DNA from: Oceanispirochaeta sp.
Lineage (GTDB): Bacteria > Spirochaetota > Spirochaetia > DSM-2461
Reading direction: 5' to 3'
Length of the DNA stretch: 64,000 nucleotides
NCBI GenBank assembly: GCA_963666275.2
Contig: CAXXOA010000001.1
Location: 1,216,001-1,280,000 of the forward strand
This document shows positions 46,709 to 56,678 of the stretch, piece by piece. The position numbers and the translations under genes were made by a program. Positions within the stretch are counted from its first letter, which is position 1, and each line of letters starts with the position of its first letter. Below the pieces are notes generated by a model. The model searched no databases. It saw only the letters and a list, made by a program, of their open reading frames with translations, and was not told where the DNA came from.

Positions 46709-48433
46709 ATGAAGACCAAAGAACAATTGTTGAAAGATATCTACGGCAGCCGGAAAGATGATATTCTGAAAAGGCTGAATCTGCTTCTTGATCAGTGGAA
46801 ACCGGACATCCCCGGCAGGGGAGGCTCGGCTGGAAAACTGCCCCTTACAGAAGACGATGTGATCATGATCACCTACGGGGATTCCATCAGGAACGAGGGG
46901 GATCCCCCTCTGCAGGTTATGAAGGATTTTGCCGACAGACGGCTCCGGGATATGGTTTCGGGGATTCATATCCTCCCTTTTTCACCCTACTCCTCGGATG
47001 ACGGATTTTCCGTTATCGACTACAGGGAGATCGATCCCGATCTGGGCAGCTGGAAGGACATGAAAAAACTGGGGGACCATTTCAATCTTATGTTCGACCT
47101 GGTTCTGAATCACTGCAGTGTTCAGAGCGACTGGTTCAAAGGGTACCTCAGGGGAGAGAAAAAATACCAGGGCTATTTTCACGAGGTGGATCCGGATACG
47201 GATCTTTCCGCTGTTTTCCGCCCCAGAGCCCTGCCGCTGCTGACGGAGTTTGAAACCTCCCGGGGCAGAAAACATCTGTGGACGACCTTCAGCGCCGACC
47301 AGGTGGATCTGAACTTTTCCAATCCCGATGTGTTCCTTGAATTCGTGGATATCATCCTGTTCTATATCTCCCAGGGAGCCCAGATCATCCGGCTCGATGC
47401 GATCGGTTTTCTCTGGAAGGAGATCGGCACCAGCTGTATGCACCATCCCCTGACCCATGCCATGGTTCAGCTCTTCCGGGCGATCCTGCAGGAGGTTTCT
47501 CCCCATGTGATCGTTCTGACCGAAACCAATGTTCCCCACGAAGAGAACATCTCCTACTTCGGCGACGGCAGCAACGAGGCCCATATGGTCTATCAGTTTA
47601 CCCTGCCTCCTCTGACCCTGGATGCCTTTATCCGGGAAAACGCGGCGCACCTTACCGAGTGGGCCTCTTCTCTGCCCCCGGTGAGCGATGATCACAGCTA
47701 CTTCAATTTCATGTCCTCCCACGACGGCATCGGCGTCCTGGGCGCCCGGGGCTATCTGAATGACAAAGAGATCGACAATATGATCCATGTGGTACAGGAC
47801 CGGGGAGGGCGGGTCTCCTACAAAGCCACTCCCCAGGGGGATATCCCCTATGAGCTGAATATCAATTACAGGGATGCTGTGACCCATCCCGATCTGCCGG
47901 ATAATCTCCGGGCCGCCCAGTTCCTCTCCTCCCAGGCTGTTATGCTCTGTATGGCCGGTGTCCCGGGCATCTATATCCACAGCCTTCTGGGATCGGGAAA
48001 CTGGTACAAGGGAGTGGAGGATTCGGGAATAAACCGGAGGATCAACAGGGAGAAAATGGAGCTGGACGCACTGGACGCGGAACTGGATGCGGAAGAGTCT
48101 CTGAGGCAGCTGATTTTTACGGGTTTCCGGGATCTTCTGAAAATCCGGCGGGCCCATAAAGCCTTTGATCCTGTTTCGCCCCAGGTTGTTCTGAAACTGG
48201 ACCCCGAGGTGTTTGCCCTGATCAGAACCGCCCATGACGGCAGTGAGAATATCCTTTGTATACAGAACACCTCCCGACGGAGACTGTATATGACACTGGA
48301 CGGAAGAAACTGCCCGGTTCCCCTGGACGATGATTACGACTGCCTCACCGACGGTGGCAGTTCCATTCAGGCCGAAGGGGGCTCCTGGACGATCACCATG
48401 GAACCCTATGAGGTTCTCTGGGTTAGATTCTAG
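46709..48433 (+). CDS. GH13_18 sugar phosphorylase, glucosylglycerate phosphorylase (YcjM)-like
   Basis: ITYGD, SSDDGF, DLVLNH, WTTFSADQVDLN, RLDAIG, TETNVPH, SHDGIG, PYELN. Confidence 0.85.
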   Translation: MKTKEQLLKDIYGSRKDDILKRLNLLLDQWKPDIPGRGGSAGKLPLTEDDVIMITYGDSIRNEGDPPLQVMKDFADRRLRDMVSGIHILPFSPYSSDDGFSVIDYREIDPDLGSWKDMKKLGDHFNLMFDLVLNHCSVQSDWFKGYLRGEKKYQGYFHEVDPDTDLSAVFRPRALPLLTEFETSRGRKHLWTTFSADQVDLNFSNPDVFLEFVDIILFYISQGAQIIRLDAIGFLWKEIGTSCMHHPLTHAMVQLFRAILQEVSPHVIVLTETNVPHEENISYFGDGSNEAHMVYQFTLPPLTLDAFIRENAAHLTEWASSLPPVSDDHSYFNFMSSHDGIGVLGARGYLNDKEIDNMIHVVQDRGGRVSYKATPQGDIPYELNINYRDAVTHPDLPDNLRAAQFLSSQAVMLCMAGVPGIYIHSLLGSGNWYKGVEDSGINRRINREKMELDALDAELDAEESLRQLIFTGFRDLLKIRRAHKAFDPVSPQVVLKLDPEVFALIRTAHDGSENILCIQNTSRRRLYMTLDGRNCPVPLDDDYDCLTDGGSSIQAEGGSWTITMEPYEVLWVRF

Positions 48434-48453
48434 CCGTTTCCGGTAAGGAGTCA

Positions 48454-48488
48454 GGGCCGGAAATTCTCTCTCCGGCCCAGTTTTTTTT
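48454..48488 (+). terminator. Intrinsic terminator
   Basis: GGGCCGGA...TCCGGCCC followed by AG and a T run. Confidence 0.7.
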
Positions 48489-48669
48489 CCCTCTTTTCAG
48501 GTTTTTCTACCGCTGCTTATTCCCTGAAGAATTTTTTCTCCGGCAGAAATAGTGTTGAAATGTTTTGTCATCTCCTCTGTTCAGACCAGAGTGAAATGAA
48601 TATAATAGGAGCAATTTAAGCAAATGAACCTGCCATCGGCAGGGAAAAAATAATCCGGAGAAACAGCAG

Positions 48670-50091
48670 ATGAAATTTTTTGAGAAGTTGGAAAAAGTAT
48701 GTCAGGAGAAAGAGAGCCTCCTCTGCGTGGGACTCGATCCCCGTGTGGATTTCAAGAGTCCCGGAGACGCCCTCAGATCTATTGTTGACCAGAACCGTAA
48801 AATCATAGAGGCCACTCTTCCCTATACGGTTTGCTACAAGCCTAATATTGCTTTTTACGAAGTCTTCGGACCGGAAGGTCTCCAGGCCCTTCAGGAAACC
48901 CTGACCTACATTCCCAGAGAAGTTCCCCTGCTGATTGATGCCAAAAGAAATGATATCGGATCTACCGCCCAGGCCTATGCGGATTCGCTTTTTGATTTTT
49001 ACAAAGCCGATGCTGTTACCCTCTCTCCCTACATGGGACGCGATGCGGTTGATCCCTTTCTGGAGAAGGGGGATGAACACGGTGTTTTCCTCCTCTGCCG
49101 GACCACCAATCCCGGGGCCCATGCCATCCAGGATCTGCAGGTGAAACTGCCGGGTAACCTCAGCGAGGATCTGTATATCACTACCGCCAGAGAGTGCGTT
49201 TCCTGGGGAAGTCAGATCGGCCTTGTGGTAGCCGGGAATGACACCGAAGCCCTTCAGAAAGTCCGCCATGAGTGTCCCGACACCTGGTTCCTGACACCGG
49301 GAATCGGAACCCAGGGAGGAGATATGCTGGAAGCTGTTTCCGCGGGATGCCGGAAAGACGGCATGGGTATCCTTCCCAATGTATCCCGGGGTATCGCCGG
49401 CGCTGCTGATCCCGGCCTGGCTGCCAGAGAGTATCGGGATAAACTGAATGAAGCACGGAAACAGGTGAGTTCTTCCGAAGCCTACTCTGTGAAGGATTTT
49501 AGAAAACAGAACATCATGAAGGGCCTGATCAGAACAGAGTGTTTCCGGGTAGGGGAGTTCACCCTGAAATCCGGCAAGAAGTCTCCCTTCTATATCGATC
49601 TGAGACGGGTTTCTTCAGACGCGGCTCTTCTGGCTCAGGTGGCCAAAGGATACGCGGAACTGATAAAAGACATGGATTGCGACAGGATCGCCGGGATTCC
49701 CGTAGCGGCTCTGCCTCTGGCAACGGCTGTCTCTCTGGAAACAGGCATTCCCCTGATCTATCCCCGGATGACCATGAAAGCCCATGGAACCGGGAACAGG
49801 ATTGAAGGGGAGTATAAAGAGGGAGAAAAAGTCCTCCTTCTGGACGACCTGATTACCACAGGCAAGAGCAAAGTCGAAGCTATTGAGATCCTCAGAGAGG
49901 CCGGACTGGTTGTGACGGAGCTGGCTGTTCTTCTGGAACGGGGTGTTCAGGGAAGAAAGGATATGGAAGCCGAAGGGATCAACCTTCACAGCTACGCCCA
50001 TGTCCGGGAGCTTCTGAATCCCTGTCATGAACTGGGACTGATCGATGAAAAACAGCTTGAGGAAATGCTGGAATACGCTGCTCAGGAATAA
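48670..50091 (+). CDS. pyrFE: Fused orotidine-5'-phosphate decarboxylase / orotate phosphoribosyltransferase
   Basis: N-terminal LCVGLDP, KPNIAFY, DAKRNDIGST and PGIGTQGG; C-terminal FTLKSGKKSPFYIDLR and LLDDLITTG. Confidence 0.93.
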   Translation: MKFFEKLEKVCQEKESLLCVGLDPRVDFKSPGDALRSIVDQNRKIIEATLPYTVCYKPNIAFYEVFGPEGLQALQETLTYIPREVPLLIDAKRNDIGSTAQAYADSLFDFYKADAVTLSPYMGRDAVDPFLEKGDEHGVFLLCRTTNPGAHAIQDLQVKLPGNLSEDLYITTARECVSWGSQIGLVVAGNDTEALQKVRHECPDTWFLTPGIGTQGGDMLEAVSAGCRKDGMGILPNVSRGIAGAADPGLAAREYRDKLNEARKQVSSSEAYSVKDFRKQNIMKGLIRTECFRVGEFTLKSGKKSPFYIDLRRVSSDAALLAQVAKGYAELIKDMDCDRIAGIPVAALPLATAVSLETGIPLIYPRMTMKAHGTGNRIEGEYKEGEKVLLLDDLITTGKSKVEAIEILREAGLVVTELAVLLERGVQGRKDMEAEGINLHSYAHVRELLNPCHELGLIDEKQLEEMLEYAAQE

Positions 50092-50094
50092 ATT

Positions 50095-51294
50095 ATGAAG
50101 TTTTTTCAAACTCTTCTGGAGATTCTGACAACTCCGATCACTCTGGGGAAAATCGAACTTACCTTCAGTCTGCTGGAGATGATCACCAAAGTCGGGCTTC
50201 CCTTTATCGGGATGATTATTCTCTACTTCATTCTGATGTGGCTTATCCGCAAACTGGTGGGTATGTCCCGTCTTATAGAAGAGACAAGGGTCAAGACAGT
50301 CCAGTACATCCGGCTGGGTTTGAAAATACTGATCATTGCGGGATTCCTCATGACTGTGGGGAATCTTCTGGGAAGCCGGGTCAATTATTATATCAGCCGG
50401 TTTCTCAATATTCTCAATTCACCTTTCTTTGTATCCGGGAATACACAGATTTCTGTTGTCACCCTTCTGATGCTGATACCGGTTTTCTATCTGGCCACAT
50501 GGTCGGGAAAAGCTTCCCGGAGGCTCCTGGAAAAGTCCATATTCGATCAGCTGGGAATCGATGAGGCCAGACGGTTCTCCTTCGGCAGCATCACCCGTTA
50601 TGTGGTTATGTCTCTGGTGTTCCTTTTCGGGCTCTCCATCGTGGGGCTGGACCTTTCCGCACTGGGCGTTCTTCTGGGAGTCCTGGGTATAGGACTTGGA
50701 TTCGGTCTCCAGGGGATCGTGGCCAACTTTTTTGCCGGTCTGATCATTATCTCCTCCCGGCCCATCAAAGAGGGCGACCGGGTCCTTGTGAACGGCTATG
50801 ACGGGATTGTCCATAATATCCGGCTGATCAGTACGGATATCAAAACACTGGAAAATGAAAATATCATCATCCCCAACTCCCACTTTGTGGACCAGGCGGT
50901 GCATAACTACTCCTATCTGGACCGGAAGGTGGTTGTTGTGAATAAAGTACAGGTCTCCTACAACTCCGATCTGGATCAGGCCCTGGCAATCCTCGACAGC
51001 ATCGGGAAACGGAATCCCTACAGGATCAATGGTCCTGACAATGTGGTCCGGGTCCTTTCCTTTGACGATTCGGGCATCACAGTGAGCCTGAGGACTTTTA
51101 TCCGGGATGTATCGCTGAAACCCATGGCCCACTCCTGGTCGAATCTTGAAATCTGGCGGGAGTTCAAAAAGAACGGTATCGAAATACCCTTTCCCCAGAT
51201 GGATGTGCATGTTAAATCACTGCCTGAAAAAGGCGAGGTGCAGGAGGAGGGTTCTGAAGAACCGGAGGATCCGGCTCTTCCAGACTCTCAGTAG
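50095..51294 (+). CDS. MscS-family mechanosensitive channel
   Basis: GIGLGFGLQGIVANFFAG, RPIKEGD, IIIPNS, GIEIPFPQ. Confidence 0.93.
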   Translation: MKFFQTLLEILTTPITLGKIELTFSLLEMITKVGLPFIGMIILYFILMWLIRKLVGMSRLIEETRVKTVQYIRLGLKILIIAGFLMTVGNLLGSRVNYYISRFLNILNSPFFVSGNTQISVVTLLMLIPVFYLATWSGKASRRLLEKSIFDQLGIDEARRFSFGSITRYVVMSLVFLFGLSIVGLDLSALGVLLGVLGIGLGFGLQGIVANFFAGLIIISSRPIKEGDRVLVNGYDGIVHNIRLISTDIKTLENENIIIPNSHFVDQAVHNYSYLDRKVVVVNKVQVSYNSDLDQALAILDSIGKRNPYRINGPDNVVRVLSFDDSGITVSLRTFIRDVSLKPMAHSWSNLEIWREFKKNGIEIPFPQMDVHVKSLPEKGEVQEEGSEEPEDPALPDSQ

Positions 51295-51300
51295 ATCTTC

Positions 51301-52506
51301 CTACTTTTTCTGAAGGAGGATGCCCCTGTTCCCTTTGAAACGGTTGTCCTCTCTGAAATGAAATCCCTGCAGGTGTTTGACAAGAAGAGACAGATCGGAA
51401 CTTCTGCCGTTGATATAGCAGTATTTTCCTTTCTGCAGGATGGCGTTAATGGTTTCCGCAAAACTCTGATGCCACTTTACCTTGGTGATGGGATCCAGGG
51501 AAAAATAGAGAAACTGGAATTTCTCCTCTTCCGCCTGGTCTTTGAGCCAGGGTTCTCCGGGGAGCTGATGGGATACCACTTTTCCCTCGTAGCCGGCTTT
51601 GTTCAGGTTGTGCAGGGTTATTCTGTTCTGCAGGATATCTCTGGAAGCCAGGTGTATCTCTTTCAGATGATTCGACGGCCTTTGAGACATCCAGACGGGA
51701 ATGTGTCCCTGTCCGGCGTTCCAGAAGAGGGCTTTTCCTGAAAAGGATGTATGTCTGAGAAGCTCTCCGGCAATCCGGGTGGCATAGCTCAGCTGATCAA
51801 AATCTGGAAGATTGTAAACAGTTTCCAGAAAATAGGTCTCTTCGGCCAGGTCAAACTCATCGGAGTTTCTTATATACCGGCTAAAGTCCTCTCCCGGAAA
51901 GGGCAGTCCTCCGTCAAAGTGGAAGACCGTATGCATTTTGGTGCTCTCTTTATGGAGAATCCGGCATCCCGCCGCCTCCAGGGCTTTCCGGGCTGTGTCT
52001 TTAAGAGGATCCACGATGACCACAGCCACCCGTCCGCCTTCCCTGAGGAAGCTTCCCGCATAGCTGAAAAAATCCTTCAGAACCTTGTCTCCCGCCTTTG
52101 CGGGGATGTTGGAAACAATAAGATCCCGGCTGGCGGGCTTCAGACCCTCCAGAAGAAGGGCTTCCTCCACCCTGTCGGGAACTATGCTGTTGAGACGGCA
52201 GTTTTCCCTTGTGTAGGCCGTAGCCAGAGCATCCCTGTCCTGAAAAAGCATATCCATAGAAGGGTATTTCTTTTTCAGGCTGATGCCGATGACCCCTGTC
52301 CCGCACCCTGTATCCACCGCGGAGGCAACCCTGGAAAGGTCGACCTCTTTGGCAAGGGTTTTAAGTAGCAGCCGGGTTCCCGCGTCGATGTCAAAGCTGC
52401 TGAAGAGACCCATGGAGAGATGGAATGTCATCTTTTCTCCATGGAACTGAAAGGGAACCTGTTTATTGGAATACACTGCGAGAGAGGGGTCAAACTGCTT
52501 TTTCAT
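51301..52506 (-). CDS. MTS-family (RsmC-like) methyltransferase
   Basis: GLFSSFDIDAGTRLLL, DTGCGTG and SNIPAKAG in the N-terminal half, followed by a degenerate second half. Confidence 0.8.
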   Translation of the reverse strand: MKKQFDPSLAVYSNKQVPFQFHGEKMTFHLSMGLFSSFDIDAGTRLLLKTLAKEVDLSRVASAVDTGCGTGVIGISLKKKYPSMDMLFQDRDALATAYTRENCRLNSIVPDRVEEALLLEGLKPASRDLIVSNIPAKAGDKVLKDFFSYAGSFLREGGRVAVVIVDPLKDTARKALEAAGCRILHKESTKMHTVFHFDGGLPFPGEDFSRYIRNSDEFDLAEETYFLETVYNLPDFDQLSYATRIAGELLRHTSFSGKALFWNAGQGHIPVWMSQRPSNHLKEIHLASRDILQNRITLHNLNKAGYEGKVVSHQLPGEPWLKDQAEEEKFQFLYFSLDPITKVKWHQSFAETINAILQKGKYCYINGRSSDLSLLVKHLQGFHFREDNRFKGNRGILLQKK

Positions 52507-52509
52507 GAT

Positions 52510-53079
52510 TTAGCTGTTAATCCGTTCCTGGTACTCTTTTGTTTCCACGTTGATCCGGATCTTTTCGCCCTGTTTGATAAAGATGGGAACCTTGACTGTC
52601 AGTCCGGTTTCCACTTTGACGTACTTGGTGGCGCCTGTCACAGTGTCGCCTTTCACAGCATCCTCTGCTTCGGTAACGATCAGGTCCATTTTGGGAGGAA
52701 GTTTGATATCCAGGGATTCTTCGCCCCAGCGGACAACTTTGTAGGTATCTCCCTCTCTGAGGAAGTACTGCATATCCTCCATGGCGGCCATGGGAATCTC
52801 ATACTGTTCAAAGGTATCAGAATTCATAAAGAAGAAGTTCTCACCGTCTGAATAGAGAAACTGTGAAGCCACGTCCTGTACATCGATCTCTTCAACAATG
52901 TCCTGAGATTTGTGGGTTACCTTCAGTACGGCTCCGCTTCTGAGGTTTTTCAGTTTCAGTCGTACAAAGGCTGAACCTTTTCCGGGGTTTACAAACTCCC
53001 TTTCGGTTACGATAAAGGGAATATCCTTTTCCAGAAGAAAAGTCCCTTTGGCAATAGAGCCGGCTTTAATTTGTCCCAT
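52510..53079 (-). CDS. efp: Elongation factor P
   Basis: VNPGKGSAFVR, DTFEQ, KGDT, ETG...VPIFI. Confidence 0.96.
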   Translation of the reverse strand: MGQIKAGSIAKGTFLLEKDIPFIVTEREFVNPGKGSAFVRLKLKNLRSGAVLKVTHKSQDIVEEIDVQDVASQFLYSDGENFFFMNSDTFEQYEIPMAAMEDMQYFLREGDTYKVVRWGEESLDIKLPPKMDLIVTEAEDAVKGDTVTGATKYVKVETGLTVKVPIFIKQGEKIRINVETKEYQERINS

Positions 53080-53149
53080 ATTATTTCCTTTTATATTGAG
53101 GCTGGTTCATATAACTGACCAGCCATACTGAATTTGAGATATATTTTGC

Positions 53150-54118
53150 TCACGGGAGTATAGCATTAAGGGGAAATAAAATCACCCCCTCAATCTCACT
53201 CTTGTCCAATATCTGGGCAATCAGCCTGTCCACGCCCACCGCAGTGCCTGAACAGGCGGGAAAAGAAGTGAAAATATCCGCATAGGAGGGATCACAGACC
53301 ACAGGAACAAGGGCTTTCTGCTCTTTTTCCGCCTCTTCGATTCTGTAATAGCGCCGGATCCTTTCCGGATCGGTTTCCTCGGTGTAGCAGTTAGCCACTT
53401 CCACACCCCGAATGTAGAGTTCCCAGCGGTCCGACCAGGGGGTGCCGGGAACCTCTGCCGCCAGGGTTTCCAGTGCGGAAGGGTAGCGGTCCAGCACCAG
53501 AGGGCGGTCCTGGGGAAGGGAGGGTTCCACAAGGGTCAGGAAGAGCTTGTGAAAGAGCACTTCCCACTCCTCCGATTCCTCTGCGGGGATACTGTGCCGT
53601 CTGTTCTGCTCCAGCAGGGCCTCTGCAGACAGGTTCTCCTCCAGGGAAAATCCGGCAAACTCCCGGAAGGCCTCTTCCATGGTCATGACTCTGAAGGGCG
53701 CTCTGACCTCCCGGGGGGTCTCCCGGCGGCACAGGGACTGAATCAGTTCGCAGGTGATCTCAATGTTTTTCCGGGAATCGATGCCTGTCTTGTACCATTC
53801 CAGCATTGTGAATTCGGGATTGTGAATCCTGCTGATCTGCTCGCTGTTCCGGAAGCTCCGGGCAATCTGGAATATATCGCCCGATCCCCGGCTGAGGAGG
53901 ACCTTCATCCAGATTTCCGGAGAGGGGGTCAGAAACAGGGGCTTTGCCGGACCGTAGGGGGAGACAAGGTCGGCTCTGAAATTTTCAATGGACGATTCCG
54001 GAATCAGATGGGGGCTCAGGAGAGGGGTTTCCACTTCCAGGAAATTCCTTTCCCTGAAGAAGGTTCTGATTCCCTGTGTGATCTCCGAGCGCTTCCGGAT
54101 AATATCTGTGTCTATCAT
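53150..54118 (-). CDS. epmA: EF-P lysine aminoacylase (EpmA/GenX)
   Basis: LysRS catalytic domain only: FLEVETP, SPE..MK, FRNSE, HNPEFTMLEWY, EVANCY, GVDRL. Adjacent to efp. Confidence 0.9.
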   Translation of the reverse strand: MIDTDIIRKRSEITQGIRTFFRERNFLEVETPLLSPHLIPESSIENFRADLVSPYGPAKPLFLTPSPEIWMKVLLSRGSGDIFQIARSFRNSEQISRIHNPEFTMLEWYKTGIDSRKNIEITCELIQSLCRRETPREVRAPFRVMTMEEAFREFAGFSLEENLSAEALLEQNRRHSIPAEESEEWEVLFHKLFLTLVEPSLPQDRPLVLDRYPSALETLAAEVPGTPWSDRWELYIRGVEVANCYTEETDPERIRRYYRIEEAEKEQKALVPVVCDPSYADIFTSFPACSGTAVGVDRLIAQILDKSEIEGVILFPLNAILP

Positions 54119-54136
54119 GAGAAACAGTTATAACAT

Positions 54137-54165
54137 AAAAAAGCCGTCTGATAACAGACGGCTTT
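54137..54165 (-). terminator. Terminator after the ferredoxin gene
   Basis: Stem AAAGCCGTCTG-ATAA-CAGACGGCTTT with a minus-strand T tail. Confidence 0.75.
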
Positions 54166-54183
54166 CCTATACATTTAAGAGTC

Positions 54184-54357
54184 TCAGCCTTCTTTGATAC
54201 ACTCGGTGGGGCATACATCGGCACAAGCTCCGCAGCTGGTGCACAGATCGGCGTCAATTACTCTTGCGTCGTCTTTTTCGCTGATTGCTTCAACGGGACA
54301 TTCACCTTCACAGGCTCCGCAGTTTACACAATCTTCTGCAATAATTACATAAGCCAT
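54184..54357 (-). CDS. 2[4Fe-4S] clostridial-type ferredoxin (57 aa, absent from the ORF track)
   Basis: MAYVIIAEDCVNCGACEGECPVEAISEKDDARVIDADLCTSCGACADVCPTECIKEG, with two CxxCxxCxxxCP motifs and a GGAGG RBS. Confidence 0.96.
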   Translation of the reverse strand: MAYVIIAEDCVNCGACEGECPVEAISEKDDARVIDADLCTSCGACADVCPTECIKEG

Positions 54358-54582
54358 GACATTCCTCCATATAACAGTTATTGTTCAAAAATACCTGAAA
54401 GGCCCTTCTGAATCAAGATATAAAGATCAAAAAAACTTCCTTTTTATTTAACTCATAAAGAATTAGCCTATCCTACCTTTGGGAGGCAGTCTTTAAATCC
54501 TGACAGGATAATAATATCCTCAATCAGAGTTTCGGGCAAAGGAAAGCGCCGGTGGAGAAAAAAAATGGAGAGAAAGAAAATA

Positions 54583-54643
54583 TTGACCCCTCAGATGGCT
54601 GCGGGATATAGTGTGAACAGACTATTCCCTATAGGGAATTAGT
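54583..54643 (+). promoter_or_regulatory. Promoter and palindromic operator upstream of the acyl-CoA ligase gene
   Basis: TTGACC-N18-TATAGT, then the perfect palindrome ATTCCCTATAGGGAAT at 54624-54639. Confidence 0.6.
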
Positions 54644-54706
54644 ACTATAAAGGGTCAAACCGTAACTGAAAAGTTCATTTTTGATTAATCAATCAGGGGA
54701 GTATAA

Positions 54707-56611
54707 ATGGAACAAACTGTATTGAAGCAGTTTCAGAAAATTGTAAGTCAGCATCCTGACGCCGTCGCTCAGCAGAGTAAAAATGAGAAGGGTGAGTTCT
54801 ATCCGACCACCTTTAAAACACTTTATGAAGAGATTCAGCAGGCCGCCGCGGGGTTCCTGTCTCTGGGGGTTGCCCGGGGGGAAACTGTAGGGATCATAGC
54901 CGACAACAGGAAAGAGTGGCTGATCTGCGATATGGCACTGCTCGCGCTGGGAGCCAATGATGCCCCCAGAGGCACGGATACGACCACAAAAGTTCTTGCA
55001 CATATCCTGGGTATCCCCGAATGTACCATAGCTGTTCTTGAAAACTCCCATCAGCTGGAGAAGGTTCTTGAAATTGAGAAGGATCTGCCCCATCTGAAGC
55101 AGATTATTATGCTGGATCCTGCGGATGACGCTGTGGCAGCGAAAGCCCAGCGGTTCAGTCTGATCGATTTTTCCGCATTTATGGAAGCAGGAAAGGCGGA
55201 GCTTGAAAAGGATCCTTCCAGAATAGAGGAGGAGATCGCCAAAGGAACACCCGATGACATCGCCACCATTATCTTTACATCCGGTACAACTGGTGTCCCC
55301 AAAGGGGTCATGCTGACTGACCGGGTCTACACCTATCAGGCAAAGGGTATTCTGGATTTCATCCAGGTGGACGTGGGGGATATATGGCTCACCATTCTGC
55401 CTGTATGGCACTCCTTCGAGAGGGTTATCCAGTATGTATCCGTTCTCAACGGTTCCTGTCTTGCCTATTCAAAGCCAGTGGGAAAAACCCTGCTGATGGA
55501 CCTGCAGACCATACAGCCCACGCTGATGACAGCGGTACCCCGGATCTGGGACGCCCTCTACCAGGGGATCCTCCGGAATATCAAAGCCAAGGGCGAGAAA
55601 GCGGAAAAAATGTTCCGGTTCTTTGTGAAAGTCGCCGCCCGGGACGAACACTTCTGCCGGATCCTGGAAGACAGGTATCCCGACTATTCAGGGAAACCCA
55701 TGGGCTTTGAAAAACTGAAAGCCCGTCTGGGCAGACTCCGGACCGCACCCCTGAGAGCTCTGGGGAACAAGCTGCTTTTCAGCAAAATCATTGAGAAGAT
55801 GCTCCCCCGGCTCCGGGCGGGCGTGTCCGGCGGCGGGGCTCTCCAAAAAATGGTGGATGAGTTCTATGCGGCCGTGGGAATCAAAGTTCTGGAAGGCTAC
55901 GGTCTGACAGAATCAGGCCCGGTCATAGGCGTAAGGGATGAGAATCATCCTGTAGCCGGGACAGTGGGCCCTCCCTTCATCGGTACGGAGGTAAAGGTAC
56001 TGGATCAGGACGGGAAGGAGCTTTCGCCCGGTGAAAGAGGGGTTCTTTATGTGAAAGGGCCTCAGATCATGAAAGGGTATTACAAAAACGACGAGCTGAC
56101 TAAAACAGTGCTTTCCGAAGACGGATGGCTCAACACGGGAGATATTGCGGTTCTGTCCCGTAACAATGATATCACCCTGGTGGGACGGGCCAAGGATACG
56201 ATCGTCCTTCTGGGAGGAGAAAATGTAGAGCCGGTTCCTCTGGAATCCAAGCTCAGAGAGTCTTCCTATATTGATAATGCCGTTGTTCTGGGTCAGGACC
56301 GGAAATACCTTTCCGCCCTGATAGTTCCGGATTTTGATGCTCTGGAGGAGTATGCGAAAGAGAACAATATCATTTATGAAAACAGGACTCTCATAGGGGA
56401 AGCCCCCGAAATCAGGGAACTTCTGAATCAGGAAGTTGCCGATCTTGTTTCTCCTTCCAATGGATTCTCCAGTTTTGAGAGGATCTATCAGTTTACGATT
56501 CTGCAGAACCATTTTGAAGTGGGCCGGGAACTTTCCGGTAAAATGGAGCTGTTGAGACCCACCATCTACGAACTCTATAAAAAAGAGATCGACGACCTTC
56601 TGAGCCGCTAA
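54707..56611 (+). CDS. Long-chain fatty acid-CoA ligase (AMP-dependent synthetase)
   Basis: IFTSGTTGVPKGV, LPVWHSFER, GYGLTE, GWLNTGD, GRAKD, GENVEP. Confidence 0.93.
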   Translation: MEQTVLKQFQKIVSQHPDAVAQQSKNEKGEFYPTTFKTLYEEIQQAAAGFLSLGVARGETVGIIADNRKEWLICDMALLALGANDAPRGTDTTTKVLAHILGIPECTIAVLENSHQLEKVLEIEKDLPHLKQIIMLDPADDAVAAKAQRFSLIDFSAFMEAGKAELEKDPSRIEEEIAKGTPDDIATIIFTSGTTGVPKGVMLTDRVYTYQAKGILDFIQVDVGDIWLTILPVWHSFERVIQYVSVLNGSCLAYSKPVGKTLLMDLQTIQPTLMTAVPRIWDALYQGILRNIKAKGEKAEKMFRFFVKVAARDEHFCRILEDRYPDYSGKPMGFEKLKARLGRLRTAPLRALGNKLLFSKIIEKMLPRLRAGVSGGGALQKMVDEFYAAVGIKVLEGYGLTESGPVIGVRDENHPVAGTVGPPFIGTEVKVLDQDGKELSPGERGVLYVKGPQIMKGYYKNDELTKTVLSEDGWLNTGDIAVLSRNNDITLVGRAKDTIVLLGGENVEPVPLESKLRESSYIDNAVVLGQDRKYLSALIVPDFDALEEYAKENNIIYENRTLIGEAPEIRELLNQEVADLVSPSNGFSSFERIYQFTILQNHFEVGRELSGKMELLRPTIYELYKKEIDDLLSR

Positions 56612-56678
56612 AAGGAAGGGCGGTGAACCTGGAAAGATTTTTCCCGATTCACCATAATAGAGGGTGGAGGTATTTCAA

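Noticed and set aside
48578..48600. GTTCAGACCAGAGTGAAATGAA, resembling a PyrR-binding loop upstream of pyrFE
   Set aside because: It deviates from the AGUCCnGnGAGGCU consensus, lies upstream of the likely TATAAT -10, and is not followed by a terminator.
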